The position numbers and the translations under genes were made by a program. Shown piece by piece: positions 11,654-22,494 of a stretch of 64,000 nt of DNA. This DNA comes from Clostridiaceae bacterium (GTDB lineage: Bacteria > Bacillota > Clostridia > Saccharofermentanales > DTU023). The stretch is from positions 10,534 to 74,533 of the forward strand of contig JAAYQX010000023.1 in the NCBI GenBank assembly GCA_012519085.1, read 5' to 3'. The stretch's first letter is position 1. Every line of letters starts with the position of its first letter. Below the pieces are notes generated by a model. That model ran no database searches. It was not told where the DNA came from and worked only from the letters and a program-made list of their open reading frames with translations.

Positions 11654-11965
11654 TTAAGGCAAGATCTTGGTGATCTTGACCTTGGTATATGGCTGGCGAT
11701 GACCCTGTCTGCGGCGATACTGTTTCTTGGCTTTGTATTTCAGAATCCTGATCTTCCTATGTCTGCCCTGCTTAACAATCTCCGCCTCAACTTTAGCTCC
11801 CTCCAGGAGCGGGGTGCCGACTTTAAGTCCGTCATCCCCGGACACAGCCAAAACCTCGGAAAATTCTACTTTATCCCCGGCCTCACCGGCGATCTTCTCG
11901 ATAAAAAGTTCGTCTTCTTCCCGAACCTTATATTGTTTACCGCCAGTCATAATGATAGCGTACAT
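11654..11965 (-). CDS. rplU: 50S ribosomal protein L21
   Basis: [24 protein letters not shown]...[11 protein letters not shown]. Confidence 0.95.
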   Translation of the reverse strand: MYAIIMTGGKQYKVREEDELFIEKIAGEAGDKVEFSEVLAVSGDDGLKVGTPLLEGAKVEAEIVKQGRHRKIRILKYKAKKQYRRRQGHRQPYTKVKITKILP

Positions 11966-12077
11966 CTAATTCCTCCTGCATTCTCGCTCGAGTATTAGGG
12001 TTTTCGTCCATACGAAATTGGATACCCCCCCAAAGCGGTTGCCGAACAATAATAACGCAGCCCCGCTCTAATGTCAA

Positions 12078-13028
12078 TTATCGTAATCCATCGTAATCCA
12101 AGTCTTCCTTGCAGCGAGGGCTGCTTTGCCAGGGACCGTTTAAGACAATAATCGCGGTCACGATCAGGATCAGACCGATCGCATAATCGATAGAGAAGTA
12201 CTCATTAAACACCAGAACACTGACCAGCATCCCGACCGTCGGCTCCACAAAGGTCAGCAAAGCTGCTTTGCTGACCTCCATATGTTCAAGACCCTTGGTA
12301 TAGAGCAAAAAGGGCATTAAAGTAGAGAACAGGCCCAGTATAACCATGCTCAGAGCAACTTTGCTCTCGGAGAATGTCAACTCGATCATCCGCGGGAAAT
12401 CCGAGAGTGGGAATAAAGCAATGATCGCAAACACAAAAGTATAGGTAATCACGGTTAACCAGCTATATCTGCGTAAAGCAAAGCGGCCAAAGACCGTATA
12501 GAGCGAATAGAAAAGACCGGATAAAATTCCGAACCAAAAGGCTCGTCCCGTAATTTGCGCAGCGCCGCCGCCGATCATCCCGGTAATAAAGACAGAACCT
12601 ACAGCTGCTAGCACAGTGGCAATTCCTTTAGTAAGTGTAAACTTCTCCTTGAACAACAAAACGGAAAAAATCATCAGAAAAATCGGCGAAGTGTGCAGCA
12701 GAGTAACTGCCACTGCCATTGTACTTTCCTGCATGCAAATGAAAAAGAAGATATTGAATAAAGCGACACTGAGCACCCCGGTACCAATAAACATCCATGC
12801 ATCCCGAAGGCGAATCTTCAGCAATTCCCGCTTGCGAAACAAGAGATACAAAAACAAAGTGCCGCCTGCCACCAAATCGCGCCAATGTGTGACCTGGAGC
12901 GGTGTCAGGCCGACTCGACGCAATTCATAGGAAAACAGGCCGATCAAGCCCCAGGCCAGCCCGGCCAGGAAAACCAGCAAAGGTGCCAAAATACTCCAAT
13001 TAGTCTTCTTGCCTCCAGTCATCCACAT
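12078..13028 (-). CDS. EamA/DMT-family transporter
   Basis: About 10 TM helices arranged as two EamA-like halves; 316 aa. Confidence 0.75.
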   Translation of the reverse strand: MWMTGGKKTNWSILAPLLVFLAGLAWGLIGLFSYELRRVGLTPLQVTHWRDLVAGGTLFLYLLFRKRELLKIRLRDAWMFIGTGVLSVALFNIFFFICMQESTMAVAVTLLHTSPIFLMIFSVLLFKEKFTLTKGIATVLAAVGSVFITGMIGGGAAQITGRAFWFGILSGLFYSLYTVFGRFALRRYSWLTVITYTFVFAIIALFPLSDFPRMIELTFSESKVALSMVILGLFSTLMPFLLYTKGLEHMEVSKAALLTFVEPTVGMLVSVLVFNEYFSIDYAIGLILIVTAIIVLNGPWQSSPRCKEDLDYDGLR

Positions 13029-13131
13029 TCTCCGGTAATTATCTTATCTCTGCGAATTGCTTTATTATAAAGCAATTCGTCTAAAATGGCCGATGATTTA
13101 CGCTTGGACTAAGAATGATTATAATTAGCCC

Positions 13132-14280
13132 ATGATGTATCCGGTTTTTAATTCTGCAATTGTAGATGGTCTGGGCAAAATCCTGCCCGCCTCTTGGTCC
13201 GAACCATCTATTCTCTCCCGTTCCGCCGTGCAATGGCTCACAGCGCTCTGTATGGTAGTTTTAGCCTTCGTCTTGCGCAAAGTTTTTGCCAGTCTGGTAA
13301 TATTACTACTGTCCAAAATCCGTTGGCTGGGCGGGCAGCTGGGGCGCGAACGCTTTCAGAAGCTCAAATCTACCTTGAGCTGGATCTTGCCGGCAATTGG
13401 CTTGCGCTGTGCCCTGATTTATGTGCTTGACCTCAGCGGCGGCCAGGCCGACAGCGCCACCTCCATCCTGCTGCAAATCATCTTCATCCTGATCATCCTG
13501 CTGCTGTTCGATACCGCCCTGCAGATACTCTTTCGCTGGCTGGAAGCCAGAAATCCCTTAAAGATGACGGAGGCGGTGCAGCAATTCTATCTGCAGATCA
13601 TCAGAATCTTCCTGGTCATCCTCGGCCTGATCATGATTCTCAGTGCTTTCGGTCTCAATGTATCCGGCATAGTCACCGGTCTCGGTATCGGCGGACTCGC
13701 CGTCTCGCTGGCGGCCAAAGACACATTGACCAACCTTTTCGCCGGGATGACGATAATCTCTGACCATATGTTCGAGCTGGGTGATCTGATTCAAGGTCCG
13801 GACTTCGAGGGCACTGTCGAATATATCGGTCTCAGATCATCAAGACTGCGAGGGCTCGATCAGACGGAATTCATCGTGCCTAATGCCTGGTTGGCCAATA
13901 ATGTCGTGATCAATGTAAGTAATATGACCAAGCGGCGTCTGCGTCTGCTTTTGACCTTGCCCTCATATGCGACACTGGACCAGGTAGATCGTCTCAAAGA
14001 CAAATTGGAGACTTATATCCGCGACCGGCAGGGGATCACCGAAGACCCGCCCCTACTCGTGCTGGAATCTCTTGCAAATAACAATCTGTCCTTGATGATA
14101 CTGTACTTTTTGCATGATCCCGATTTCGGAGCTTTCTGTCAGGAAAGAGATGAGGTTCTGCGCTTTGTCTGGAATATGCTGGAAGAGGAGAATCTGCGAC
14201 TGCCGCGGAGTCAGATCCAGCTGTTGTCCGACAATGCTTTTTTGAATTCCGATACTAATACTGAGCAACCGCCGCAATAG
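13132..14280 (+). CDS. Mechanosensitive ion channel (MscS family)
   Basis: Multiple N-terminal TM helices, then the conserved MscS pore-helix/beta-domain region: GIGGLAVSLAAKDTLTNLFAGMTIISDHMFELGDLI. Confidence 0.85.
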   Translation: MMYPVFNSAIVDGLGKILPASWSEPSILSRSAVQWLTALCMVVLAFVLRKVFASLVILLLSKIRWLGGQLGRERFQKLKSTLSWILPAIGLRCALIYVLDLSGGQADSATSILLQIIFILIILLLFDTALQILFRWLEARNPLKMTEAVQQFYLQIIRIFLVILGLIMILSAFGLNVSGIVTGLGIGGLAVSLAAKDTLTNLFAGMTIISDHMFELGDLIQGPDFEGTVEYIGLRSSRLRGLDQTEFIVPNAWLANNVVINVSNMTKRRLRLLLTLPSYATLDQVDRLKDKLETYIRDRQGITEDPPLLVLESLANNNLSLMILYFLHDPDFGAFCQERDEVLRFVWNMLEEENLRLPRSQIQLLSDNAFLNSDTNTEQPPQ

Positions 14281-14339
14281 TAAGCGACTCAATCCTACGT
14301 TAATCATCCCAATATCAAGAAAGTGTAAATGGTAAAGCT

Positions 14340-15920
14340 ATGCAGGATAATGTTCCAACAAATAAACTGAACCGAAAGCTCTGTGTCAACTTTGATCCGG
14401 CACAGGAAAATCAACCCCCCTTCATTTCGCAATTCATCCAGCCCGGTAAGAAAATTTTCTTCATTGGCATCGGCGGCATCAGTATGTGCGGACTGGCCGA
14501 GTTCAGCCTCAGCCGCGGTGTTAATGTCGCCGGCTCCGATGCCATCACGAACAATCGCACTAAATATCTGCGCCGGCTGGGCATCCCGATAGTCACAGGT
14601 CATAGTGCCGAAAACATCAGCGACTTTGAACCTGACTTGGTAGTTTATTCCAGGGCCGTCTTCGACGATAATCCGGAGCGAGCCGAAGCCAAAAACAGAG
14701 GCATCCCCTGTGTGGAACGAGCTGTCTTTCTCGGCGCTATCAATTGTCTGTTTGAGCGGGTAACCAATGTGGCGGGCACCAATGGCAAATCCTCAGTGGT
14801 AGCTATGTGCGCTCTGATCATGATCGCCTCTGAGCTCGACCCGACCGTTCACCTCGGCGCTGAACTATTGCAGTTTCAGACTACAATTCACGTGGGCAGA
14901 CCGGATCTTTTACTCTCCGAAGCCTGTGAATTCCGCCGCGGTTTCCTGAACTACCGCTCCGATATCGCCGCTGTAGTCAATATCGTGCATGACCATATCG
15001 ACTGCTATCCGACACCGGAAGATATGATCTCCGCCTTTGCCGACTTTGTAGTACTGCAGCCGGCAGGCTGTATCCTGGTCCTGCCTACTTTTGATCCGAA
15101 TATAATCCCCATGCTGGAAGGCGTGCAAAAAAAGCGCAACGGCGGTCTGTCCACTTTGGAACTGATCTGGTTCGGCCATCAGGAGCAATTGATCCCGGCC
15201 GGACTGGCTGATTTGGCTGCCCGCGAAACTGCTCCACTGAAGAGTCTGGCAGCAGGATCGGAGCCAGACTATAGCTGGCATGATGCCGACTTCAGCACCG
15301 GTTTCCCCTCTTTTTCCATTCGCAAGCACGGCCAGCCTTACCGCCGGGTCCAGCTCCAAGTACCGGGCGTATTTAATATTGAGAATGCTATGGCTGCAGT
15401 GGCCTTGGCCGATCTGAACGGCGCCACGCCTGCTGCCGCCGAACAGGCTCTGGCCGAATTCGGCGGTGCTGAAGGCCGCTTCACCTATACCGGCATGTTC
15501 AACGGCGCCAGAGTTTATGCCGACTATGCCCACCACCCTTCCGCCGTGCGCGTGACCATTGAAGCCGCCCGCCATATTCCGGCCAAAAGACTCTGGGTCT
15601 GCTATCAGCCCCTGACACACAGCAGAGTGCGCGGATTTTTCGATGATTTCGTCTCGGCCCTCAAAGACGAAAAACCGATTATGATGTCTGAGATATATGA
15701 TGACCGGGAGCGCGACACCAGCATCAGCTCCAAGGATATCTGCGATGCTATCAATGACCTGGGCGGCGAAGCTCTCTACTTCCCTACTAACGAAGCTTTG
15801 GAAGCCCATCTGCGAACAATAATCGAACCGGGTGATGTGCTTTTGATCATGGGAGTTGACCTCAGAAATACCGCCGACATCCTCACCGGTCGCACGGATC
15901 ATATGAAGAAAGTCGAATAA
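14340..15920 (+). CDS. murC: UDP-N-acetylmuramate--L-alanine ligase
   Basis: FFIGIGGISMCGLAE N-terminal Rossmann motif, VAGTNGKSS P-loop, and a DYAHHPSAV-type C-terminal motif. At 526 aa it is longer than usual, with an N-terminal extension and an internal insertion. Confidence 0.85.
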   Translation: MQDNVPTNKLNRKLCVNFDPAQENQPPFISQFIQPGKKIFFIGIGGISMCGLAEFSLSRGVNVAGSDAITNNRTKYLRRLGIPIVTGHSAENISDFEPDLVVYSRAVFDDNPERAEAKNRGIPCVERAVFLGAINCLFERVTNVAGTNGKSSVVAMCALIMIASELDPTVHLGAELLQFQTTIHVGRPDLLLSEACEFRRGFLNYRSDIAAVVNIVHDHIDCYPTPEDMISAFADFVVLQPAGCILVLPTFDPNIIPMLEGVQKKRNGGLSTLELIWFGHQEQLIPAGLADLAARETAPLKSLAAGSEPDYSWHDADFSTGFPSFSIRKHGQPYRRVQLQVPGVFNIENAMAAVALADLNGATPAAAEQALAEFGGAEGRFTYTGMFNGARVYADYAHHPSAVRVTIEAARHIPAKRLWVCYQPLTHSRVRGFFDDFVSALKDEKPIMMSEIYDDRERDTSISSKDICDAINDLGGEALYFPTNEALEAHLRTIIEPGDVLLIMGVDLRNTADILTGRTDHMKKVE

Positions 15921-15923
15921 AAA

Positions 15924-15965
15924 CTGCCGCCCGGCATCTCACCGGACGGCAGCTATTTTATTATT
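15924..15965. terminator. Bidirectional rho-independent terminator between convergent murC and ftsH
   Basis: Stem ctgccgcccgg / ccggacggcag (one mismatch), flanked by an A-run on the left and ctattttatt on the right. Confidence 0.7.
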
Positions 15966-16035
15966 CCTTAATCCTTACAAATCCTTACAGTCACCCTTTT
16001 AGGTATCGGTTTTGTTTACCGACAGTTTTTCTTGA

Positions 16036-18045
16036 TTAAAACGGCTGTGACGAAGGCGACTCCGGGTCATCCGCCGCTGCGGGCTCAGTATCCGGCGCGG
16101 TATCAAGCGCCGCATCTGTTACAATCTCCACTCCCGCCTCTGACTGCAGATCTGGCTCTGAATCAGATGCCAGTTTAAACTGCTCCTCATCGCCGGGCAA
16201 AGGCTGATAATTAGCGGCATGACGGCGATAAAGCTCTTCGAACTCCTCGCTCTCGACCTTTTCAACCTCCAACAGCCTATGCGCCAGCGCTTCCAGCATC
16301 TCGTGATTCTCACGCAGTATTGCTAAGGTACTTTCATAAGCCTCATCGAGAATCCGCTTTACTTCTTCATCAATCACGGCAGACAAGCTTTCACTATGCT
16401 GTTGCATATGGGTATAGTCACGCCCCAGGAAAACTTCTTGTTCCTTATCCACTACAAAATTGCCCAGGCGCTCACTCATACCATAATTGGTAACCATATT
16501 CCTGGCAATTTTATTACATTGCTGCAGATCCTGGCTGGCACCGGTGCTGATCTCGCCAAAAGTCAATTCTTCCGCCGCTCTGCCGCCGAGGGCGATCATA
16601 ATCTTGGTTATCAGCTGGCTCTTCGTCTGGAAGTACATATCCTCTTCCGGCTTAAAGGCAGTATAGCCACCGGCGCCGCCGGCAGGAATGATTGACACCC
16701 TCTCAACTCTTTCTTTGGTAGAAGCAACACGGATCACAATCGCATGTCCCGACTCATGGAAAGCGGTTAGTCTTCTTTCCTCATCACTGATAATGCGGCT
16801 CTTCTTTTCCGGCCCGATCGTAATCTTGAAAACAGCTTCGGTAATATCGCTGTTTTCGATCTCTTTGCCGCCTCTGCGCGCCGTCAGCAGGGCAGCTTCA
16901 TTAAGCAGATTAGCCAGATCAGCACCCGTAAAGCCGGGAGTGATCTTGGCAATATTGCCCAGATCAACATCCGCCGCCAGCGGCTTATTGCGCGCATGAA
17001 CCTGCAAGATGGCCTCGCGCCCAATCAGATCGGGACTCATAACTACAACCCGGCGATCAAAACGACCCGGCCTTAGCAGAGCAGGATCGAGAATGTCCGG
17101 GCGGTTAGTAGCTGCCATTACAATTACACCCTCATTAGGGCCAAAGCCGTCCATTTCCACCAGCAGCTGGTTCAAGGTCTGCTCACGTTCGTCATGGCCA
17201 CCGCCAAGGCCGGCACCGCGGTGACGCCCCACAGCATCAATCTCATCGATAAAGATAATAGAAGGTGCCCGTTTTTTGGCATTGTCAAATAAATCCCGTA
17301 CCCGCGAGGCACCGACGCCGACAAACATTTCCACGAAATCGGAGCCGCTGATGGAGAAAAACGGCACACTGGCCTCTCCCGCCACAGCTTTGGCCAGCAA
17401 GGTCTTGCCGGTACCGGGAGCGCCGACCAGCATAATGCCACGCGGCATCTTGGCCCCCAAATCGGAATACTTCTTCGGGTTTTTAAGGAAATCTACAATC
17501 TCCTGCAGTTCTTCTTTCTCTTCCTCCGCACCTGCCACATCTGCAAATGTGACTTTATTCTTGCTGGGATCATTGAGTTTGGCTCGGCTCTTGCCGAAGC
17601 TGATAGCACTCTTGCCATCACCCTGGCGGGAATAATTGATATAGATAAAGACACCTATCGAGGCCAGTAGCATCACAATAATCAAAATATTCAGAATCGC
17701 GGAGATATCCGTTGGTCGATTATAGTCATAGGATTTGATCAAACCTTTGTCGGCAGATTCCGCCAGATATTTCTCATAATCACCGATTGACTCCAGAGGA
17801 ATCTCTTTCGTGATGACCTCCTGCGGCTGACCGCTGACACTTTTCATGACCATCTTCAGGGAACTGCCGTTGATCACCACTGATTCGACTTTCTCGTTTT
17901 CAATCAGTGATCTGACTTCGGAAAGAGTATATCCCTTGCCGCTGGACATATTGGACATGAAATAAGTCATGGCGAAAATGACCAGCATCAGGATCAGATA
18001 AAAAGAAAAACCGCCAAAACGCTTTTTGGGGCGCATACTATTCAT
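16036..18045 (-). CDS. ftsH: ATP-dependent zinc metalloprotease FtsH
   Basis: Walker [19 protein letters not shown], the SRH region and the HESGHAIV zinc motif. The start was moved to ATG 18045 (MNSMRPKK) because GGAGGTG lies 7 nt upstream. The longer track ORF would overlap hpt by 56 nt. Confidence 0.95.
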   Translation of the reverse strand: MNSMRPKKRFGGFSFYLILMLVIFAMTYFMSNMSSGKGYTLSEVRSLIENEKVESVVINGSSLKMVMKSVSGQPQEVITKEIPLESIGDYEKYLAESADKGLIKSYDYNRPTDISAILNILIIVMLLASIGVFIYINYSRQGDGKSAISFGKSRAKLNDPSKNKVTFADVAGAEEEKEELQEIVDFLKNPKKYSDLGAKMPRGIMLVGAPGTGKTLLAKAVAGEASVPFFSISGSDFVEMFVGVGASRVRDLFDNAKKRAPSIIFIDEIDAVGRHRGAGLGGGHDEREQTLNQLLVEMDGFGPNEGVIVMAATNRPDILDPALLRPGRFDRRVVVMSPDLIGREAILQVHARNKPLAADVDLGNIAKITPGFTGADLANLLNEAALLTARRGGKEIENSDITEAVFKITIGPEKKSRIISDEERRLTAFHESGHAIVIRVASTKERVERVSIIPAGGAGGYTAFKPEEDMYFQTKSQLITKIMIALGGRAAEELTFGEISTGASQDLQQCNKIARNMVTNYGMSERLGNFVVDKEQEVFLGRDYTHMQQHSESLSAVIDEEVKRILDEAYESTLAILRENHEMLEALAHRLLEVEKVESEEFEELYRRHAANYQPLPGDEEQFKLASDSEPDLQSEAGVEIVTDAALDTAPDTEPAAADDPESPSSQPF

Positions 18046-18628
18046 CCGCGACCACCTCCGCCGTGTCGGACACGGCTGTTTCAGACTGGTCATCCGCCGG
18101 GGCAGTGTCCGAATTCAGCACAGCGATCTCAGGCAGATTGCGATACCGCTCATCCAGATCCAGCCCATAACCGACGATGAACTCATCGGGAATTTGCATT
18201 CCTATATAGTCCACAAATATTTCTACCTTGCGGCGCTCAGGTTTATCGAAAGCTGTACAGATGCGGATACTGGCAGGATTTCTGGTAGCCAAAAGCTCAC
18301 GAAGATGTTTCAAGGTCAGACCTGAATCGACAATATCTTCTACGATCAGGACATGCTTGCCGGAGATATCCGTGTCCAGATCTTTAACAATTTTAACTAC
18401 ACCCGTTGTATGTTGTCCGCTGTAACTGCTGACCGACATAAAGTCTACCTCACAGGGCAGATCAATCTCCCTGATCAGATCAGCCAAGAAAACAAAAGCT
18501 CCTTTGAGTACACAGATTAGTACCACCTTCTTGCCTTGATAATCCTCGGTGATTTCACGACCCAGACGGGCGCAGATCTCGGCAATTTCTTCCTTGCTGA
18601 CTAAAATGCGCTTGATTTCCATTCCCAT
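18038..18628 (-). CDS. hpt: Hypoxanthine phosphoribosyltransferase
   Basis: PRPP-binding motif VLIVEDIVDSGLTL and YRNLPEIAVL near the C-terminus. Carries an acidic C-terminal tail. Confidence 0.9.
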   Translation of the reverse strand: MGMEIKRILVSKEEIAEICARLGREITEDYQGKKVVLICVLKGAFVFLADLIREIDLPCEVDFMSVSSYSGQHTTGVVKIVKDLDTDISGKHVLIVEDIVDSGLTLKHLRELLATRNPASIRICTAFDKPERRKVEIFVDYIGMQIPDEFIVGYGLDLDERYRNLPEIAVLNSDTAPADDQSETAVSDTAEVVADE

Positions 18629-18859
18629 ATTACACCGTTTCCATTCATAAAAATAAATATTTACACTACTGATAATACTTTAATTTACTTAGCATCAAAA
18701 CATTATAACAGCAGGTCGGATTTTTTTATAGAGATAAGCCTAAATTTACCCCCCTGCTTATAAGCTGTGCAGCTACCAAGAGGGAAATGTAATTATACAA
18801 GATAAACATAGATTGAAACTTGATCTGTGAATTGCTGTGACTAGCGCTACAAAATAGAA

Positions 18860-20044
18860 TTAGCACCCGCAATCTGATCTGTCGTCAAAGCAGTCACCAA
18901 AGATGAAGCGCAGTGTATTGGCATAGACCTCCGCCTTAATACCTTTTTGCAGATCCAAAGTATTCAGCAGCGCAGTGTCCGCCCCACAAAGCTGCCACAG
19001 CTGGTCTTGCAGTTTTTGGGACAGCACTATTTTCGATAATGTTGTATTGTTGTCAAGATGACTTCTCATAGCTTCATTGAGGCCCAAATTTAAGGCTTTG
19101 CCACTAATTGCCCGCGGCGCCAGACGCAAAACCTTAGTACTGAGAGAGCCATCAGGTAACAGTGCTCTTTGGTAGAGTTCCGCAGCTGCTGTTTCCAGGG
19201 CCATTGCTTCCGTTTGCAGATTCTGCGCCAAACGTGCCAGCTGCGGTGTCAAATCAGAGCCCACAATCTCCTGCCACAAAGGCAGCAGTTCATTGCGCAG
19301 CCTATTGCGCCGATAATCCGGCTCCAGATTCGTCTGATCGACTGCCCAGGGAATCTCAGCTGCCCGGGCGGCCGCTTCAATCTCGACTTTGCCCCGGTGC
19401 AAAAACGGTCGTAGCAGTCTGCCGCGCAAAATCGCCATACCGGTTAGGCCTGACAGTCCACTGCCCCGACCCAGATTGAGCAGCACGGTTTCCGCTTGAT
19501 CCTGTTCATGATGAGCGAGTGCTACCAGATAATCCCGCCGGGACTCAAGCTGCACTTTGGTTCCTAATTCCTGAAAAAAAGCCAAGCGGGCAGCGCGCCC
19601 GGCTTCCTCCACACCCTGACCTCTGACTTGAGCCAAGGCGAATACATCCGTCTGTCGGACATGGCAAATTACCTGCTGAGCCCGACAAAAGTCCTCAACC
19701 ACCGCCTGATCTTGATCTGCCGCCGGACCGCGCAGACCATGATTCAAATGAGCAGCTACAATTTGAAATGGGATTTCCCTTTGCAGGTGAAGCAGATAAG
19801 CCAGCATGAGCATAGAATCTACACCACCTGATACGCCGGCGATAATTGTGGTCTGATCAGAGATGGGAAGTTGAGGTGCTGCTGTCAGAGCTGAAGATAA
19901 TTCTGACTGTACTTGGGGCCGGCAAACGGAAATCACTTGCCGGCAGTCGGCAGTCGCCGCAGAGGGCAAGACGCCCGCTTGACTCAGATCATTTGTGACT
20001 GCCTGGAAAAAACGGTAGGTTGCCCGGGGAACTGGCTGAATCAC
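18860..20044 (-). CDS. tilS: tRNA(Ile)-lysidine synthetase
   Basis: PP-loop SGGVDSMLM and the conserved AAHLNHGLRG. Synteny upstream of hpt-ftsH. Overlaps the dnaB stop by 4 nt. Confidence 0.85.
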   Translation of the reverse strand: MIQPVPRATYRFFQAVTNDLSQAGVLPSAATADCRQVISVCRPQVQSELSSALTAAPQLPISDQTTIIAGVSGGVDSMLMLAYLLHLQREIPFQIVAAHLNHGLRGPAADQDQAVVEDFCRAQQVICHVRQTDVFALAQVRGQGVEEAGRAARLAFFQELGTKVQLESRRDYLVALAHHEQDQAETVLLNLGRGSGLSGLTGMAILRGRLLRPFLHRGKVEIEAAARAAEIPWAVDQTNLEPDYRRNRLRNELLPLWQEIVGSDLTPQLARLAQNLQTEAMALETAAAELYQRALLPDGSLSTKVLRLAPRAISGKALNLGLNEAMRSHLDNNTTLSKIVLSQKLQDQLWQLCGADTALLNTLDLQKGIKAEVYANTLRFIFGDCFDDRSDCGC

Positions 20045-21405
20045 AGCGGCGGCTCCGGCAACGGTATATCTGCAGTATCAAAAAAGCTGGTCAATGACGG
20101 CTTCCAGGCCAGCTTGAGATTGCCTGTCGCTCCGTGGCGGTTCTTAGCTATGATCAGTTCAATCTCATAGACTTCCGGTCTGGGTGCATCAGTATTGGCA
20201 TCCTTATCATGCAGGAACATGACAACATCAGCATCTTGCTCAATCGCACCGGATTCACGGAGATCAATCAGCATCGGCCGGCGGCTCGTCCTTTTTTCAC
20301 TCTCGCGGCTGAGCTGTGACAGTGCCAGGATCGGAACTTCCAGCTCCTTGGCCATGATCTTCAGCATACGTGAGATCTCAGCGATTTCCTGCTGGCGGTT
20401 TTCAGCCCGACTGATCCGACCCCCGGAAGACATCAGCTGCAGATAGTCAACAATCACGAAATCCAGGCGATCCTTGATCTGCAGTTGCCGGCAGCGCGCC
20501 TGCATCTCCACTACATTGGTAGCTGATCTGTCATCAATATAGATTGGTTTATTATAGAGGGCGATCAAAGCCTGGGAAATCTTATCCCAGTCCGTATCCT
20601 TAACTTTGAGCTTCTCCATGCGGTCAGCCGAAACCCCTGCCTGACTGACGAGAATTCTCATTCCGACTTCCTCTTTGGACATCTCCAGACTGAAAATTCC
20701 CACATGATGCTCAGCTTTCTGTGCCGTCAGATGAGCAATATTCAAGGCCAGTGAAGTCTTACCTATACCAGGTCTTGCAGCCAAAATATAGAGACCTCCC
20801 GGACGAAGACCGCCGAGAATGCGGTCAATAGAGGGGAAACCGGTTTCGATCAGACGGGGACGATTGCCTTTGGCCAGCTCATGGAGCTCATTAATCTTGT
20901 GATTAAGGATATCGCCCAGCGTGCTGAAGCCGCTGATATCCCTATTTTCACGGATATTATAGATGCGATTGGCAGCCAGATTGATCAGATCTTCGACATC
21001 CTCTCCGGAAGTATAGGCCAGATCAATAACCTGCCGCAGGGCCAGAATCAGCTCTCTTCTCTGGGCATGCTGGCGCACAACCTTAATATAGTGCGCCTGA
21101 TTCTGCATAATGGGCGTCTTCTCCGGCAGGGAAATAACATATTCCGCACCTCCGGCCTCCGCCAACTGCCCTTTCAGCTCCAGGCGGTCGGTAACAGTCA
21201 GAATATCTACCGGCTCTTGTCTGGCTAGCAGCTCCAGAATCGTGGCAAACACAACCTGATTGCGCTTGACATAAAAATCGGACACCTTGAGTTCAGCCGC
21301 CACATTGGCCAGATACTCCTTGCTAAAAAGAGCACTGCCCAGTACGGATTGCTCCGCCTCATCACTATAGGGCATCACCAGCCGTCTGCTATCAGGGGAA
21401 GACAT
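20041..21405 (-). CDS. dnaB: Replicative DNA helicase (DnaB family)
   Basis: PYSDEAEQSVLGS N-terminus, Walker A ARPGIGKTSLALNIA, VDYLQLM and ALSQLSRESE motifs. Confidence 0.95.
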   Translation of the reverse strand: MSSPDSRRLVMPYSDEAEQSVLGSALFSKEYLANVAAELKVSDFYVKRNQVVFATILELLARQEPVDILTVTDRLELKGQLAEAGGAEYVISLPEKTPIMQNQAHYIKVVRQHAQRRELILALRQVIDLAYTSGEDVEDLINLAANRIYNIRENRDISGFSTLGDILNHKINELHELAKGNRPRLIETGFPSIDRILGGLRPGGLYILAARPGIGKTSLALNIAHLTAQKAEHHVGIFSLEMSKEEVGMRILVSQAGVSADRMEKLKVKDTDWDKISQALIALYNKPIYIDDRSATNVVEMQARCRQLQIKDRLDFVIVDYLQLMSSGGRISRAENRQQEIAEISRMLKIMAKELEVPILALSQLSRESEKRTSRRPMLIDLRESGAIEQDADVVMFLHDKDANTDAPRPEVYEIELIIAKNRHGATGNLKLAWKPSLTSFFDTADIPLPEPPL

Positions 21406-21436
21406 TTTTGCTGACCTCGTTTAAGCTGTCGGGAAC

Positions 21437-21886
21437 TCAGCTTTCAGCGCTGACTACATCCAGCACAAATTGAGCCGTAACCTCAGGATGCAGACGCACG
21501 TCAACCTGATATGTGCCGGCTGTCTTGATCTGCTCCGCCAGCGTGATATTGCGCCGATCTACTTTGTATCCGGCCTCTTCCAACACTTTAGCGATATCCA
21601 TATTGGTCACTGAGCCATAAAGGCGCCCTTGAGTGCCCATTTTAATCTTCAGGACAAAGCGTTGATCGGAAATTTTCTCTTTGATTTCTTCGGCTTCTTT
21701 CAGCTCGCGCTCCGCCTTGGCTTGAGCAGCAGCTCTCTTGGTTTTGACAGTATTGAGATTGGCGGGAGTCATCTCTACCGCCAGATTGTGCTTAAACAGA
21801 AAATTATGTGCATAGCCGCGAGCCACCTCGACCACATCTTCTGCTTTACCGAGACCTTTTACATCTTGCAAAAGAATTACTTTCAT
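21437..21886 (-). CDS. rplI: 50S ribosomal protein L9
   Basis: [30 protein letters not shown]. The start was set at the ATG preceded by GAGGT. The track ORF adds 6 aa. Confidence 0.93.
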   Translation of the reverse strand: MKVILLQDVKGLGKAEDVVEVARGYAHNFLFKHNLAVEMTPANLNTVKTKRAAAQAKAERELKEAEEIKEKISDQRFVLKIKMGTQGRLYGSVTNMDIAKVLEEAGYKVDRRNITLAEQIKTAGTYQVDVRLHPEVTAQFVLDVVSAES

Positions 21887-22116
21887 TGCCATACCTCGAA
21901 TCATGATCTAAATAATTGTTCTGTCATTTCATGTTAACCATTGTATCACAGCCCGGGGGATTAATTGGAATCGGGTGAAAAAAATAGAAAACTTGACAGG
22001 GAGGGACCGGTGAGAGTATCATCATTAAGCTGCCCTGCAACTTTCGCAAGACATAAGGGTGGAACAAAGATATATTACAGATGCTCCGGCGCTGTCTTAA
22101 TGAGGTGGTGAAATAG

Positions 22117-22329
22117 ATGAAAGATAATTTGCATCCCGATTACTATAAATGTACTGTGCGCTGCGCCTGCGGCGAAGTCTTCGAGACCGGCTCTGTCAGG
22201 GAACAGTTGAATGTCGATATTTGCTCCAAATGCCATCCTTTCTATACCGGCAAGCAGAAGCTGGTTGATACGGGCGGACGCGTAGACAAATTCAAGCGCA
22301 GAATGGGCAAAACACAGACCGAGGATTAG
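22117..22329 (+). CDS. rpmE: 50S ribosomal protein L31 (Zn-ribbon type A)
   Basis: [10 protein letters not shown]...CACG...[13 protein letters not shown]. Confidence 0.93.
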   Translation: MKDNLHPDYYKCTVRCACGEVFETGSVREQLNVDICSKCHPFYTGKQKLVDTGGRVDKFKRRMGKTQTED

Positions 22330-22389
22330 TCCCCCGCTCTGTTTCTGTGACCGGCTTTGCGGCCGGACTGATAGAAAATAGGATTTGTC

Positions 22390-22428
22390 AGCTCCTGCTG
22401 TGCAGATATACAGCAGGAGCTTTATTTT
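22390..22428 (+). terminator. Rho-independent terminator after rpmE
   Basis: Perfect 12-bp stem agctcctgctgt / acagcaggagct with an 8-nt loop, followed by ttattttg. Confidence 0.85.
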
Positions 22429-22494
22429 GTTATCTATGTTCCGGAGTCCGAGAGTAGTTTGCCTAGCTGAAGCGGATCATTGTAAAATGCGATC

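Noticed and set aside
11966-12077. Possible L21 (rplU) ribosomal leader RNA
   Set aside because: The position is right, but I could not identify a convincing conserved structure by eye. It needs an Rfam scan.
14910-15902. 330-aa minus-strand ORF antisense to murC
   Set aside because: It lies entirely inside a gene with clear Mur-ligase motifs. Its translation is low-complexity Gly/Ala/Arg-rich with no recognisable motif or RBS, which is a typical shadow ORF.
18046-18093. Longer FtsH start overlapping hpt by 56 nt
   Set aside because: The internal ATG at 18045 has a GGAGGTG RBS and yields the usual basic N-terminus before TM1.
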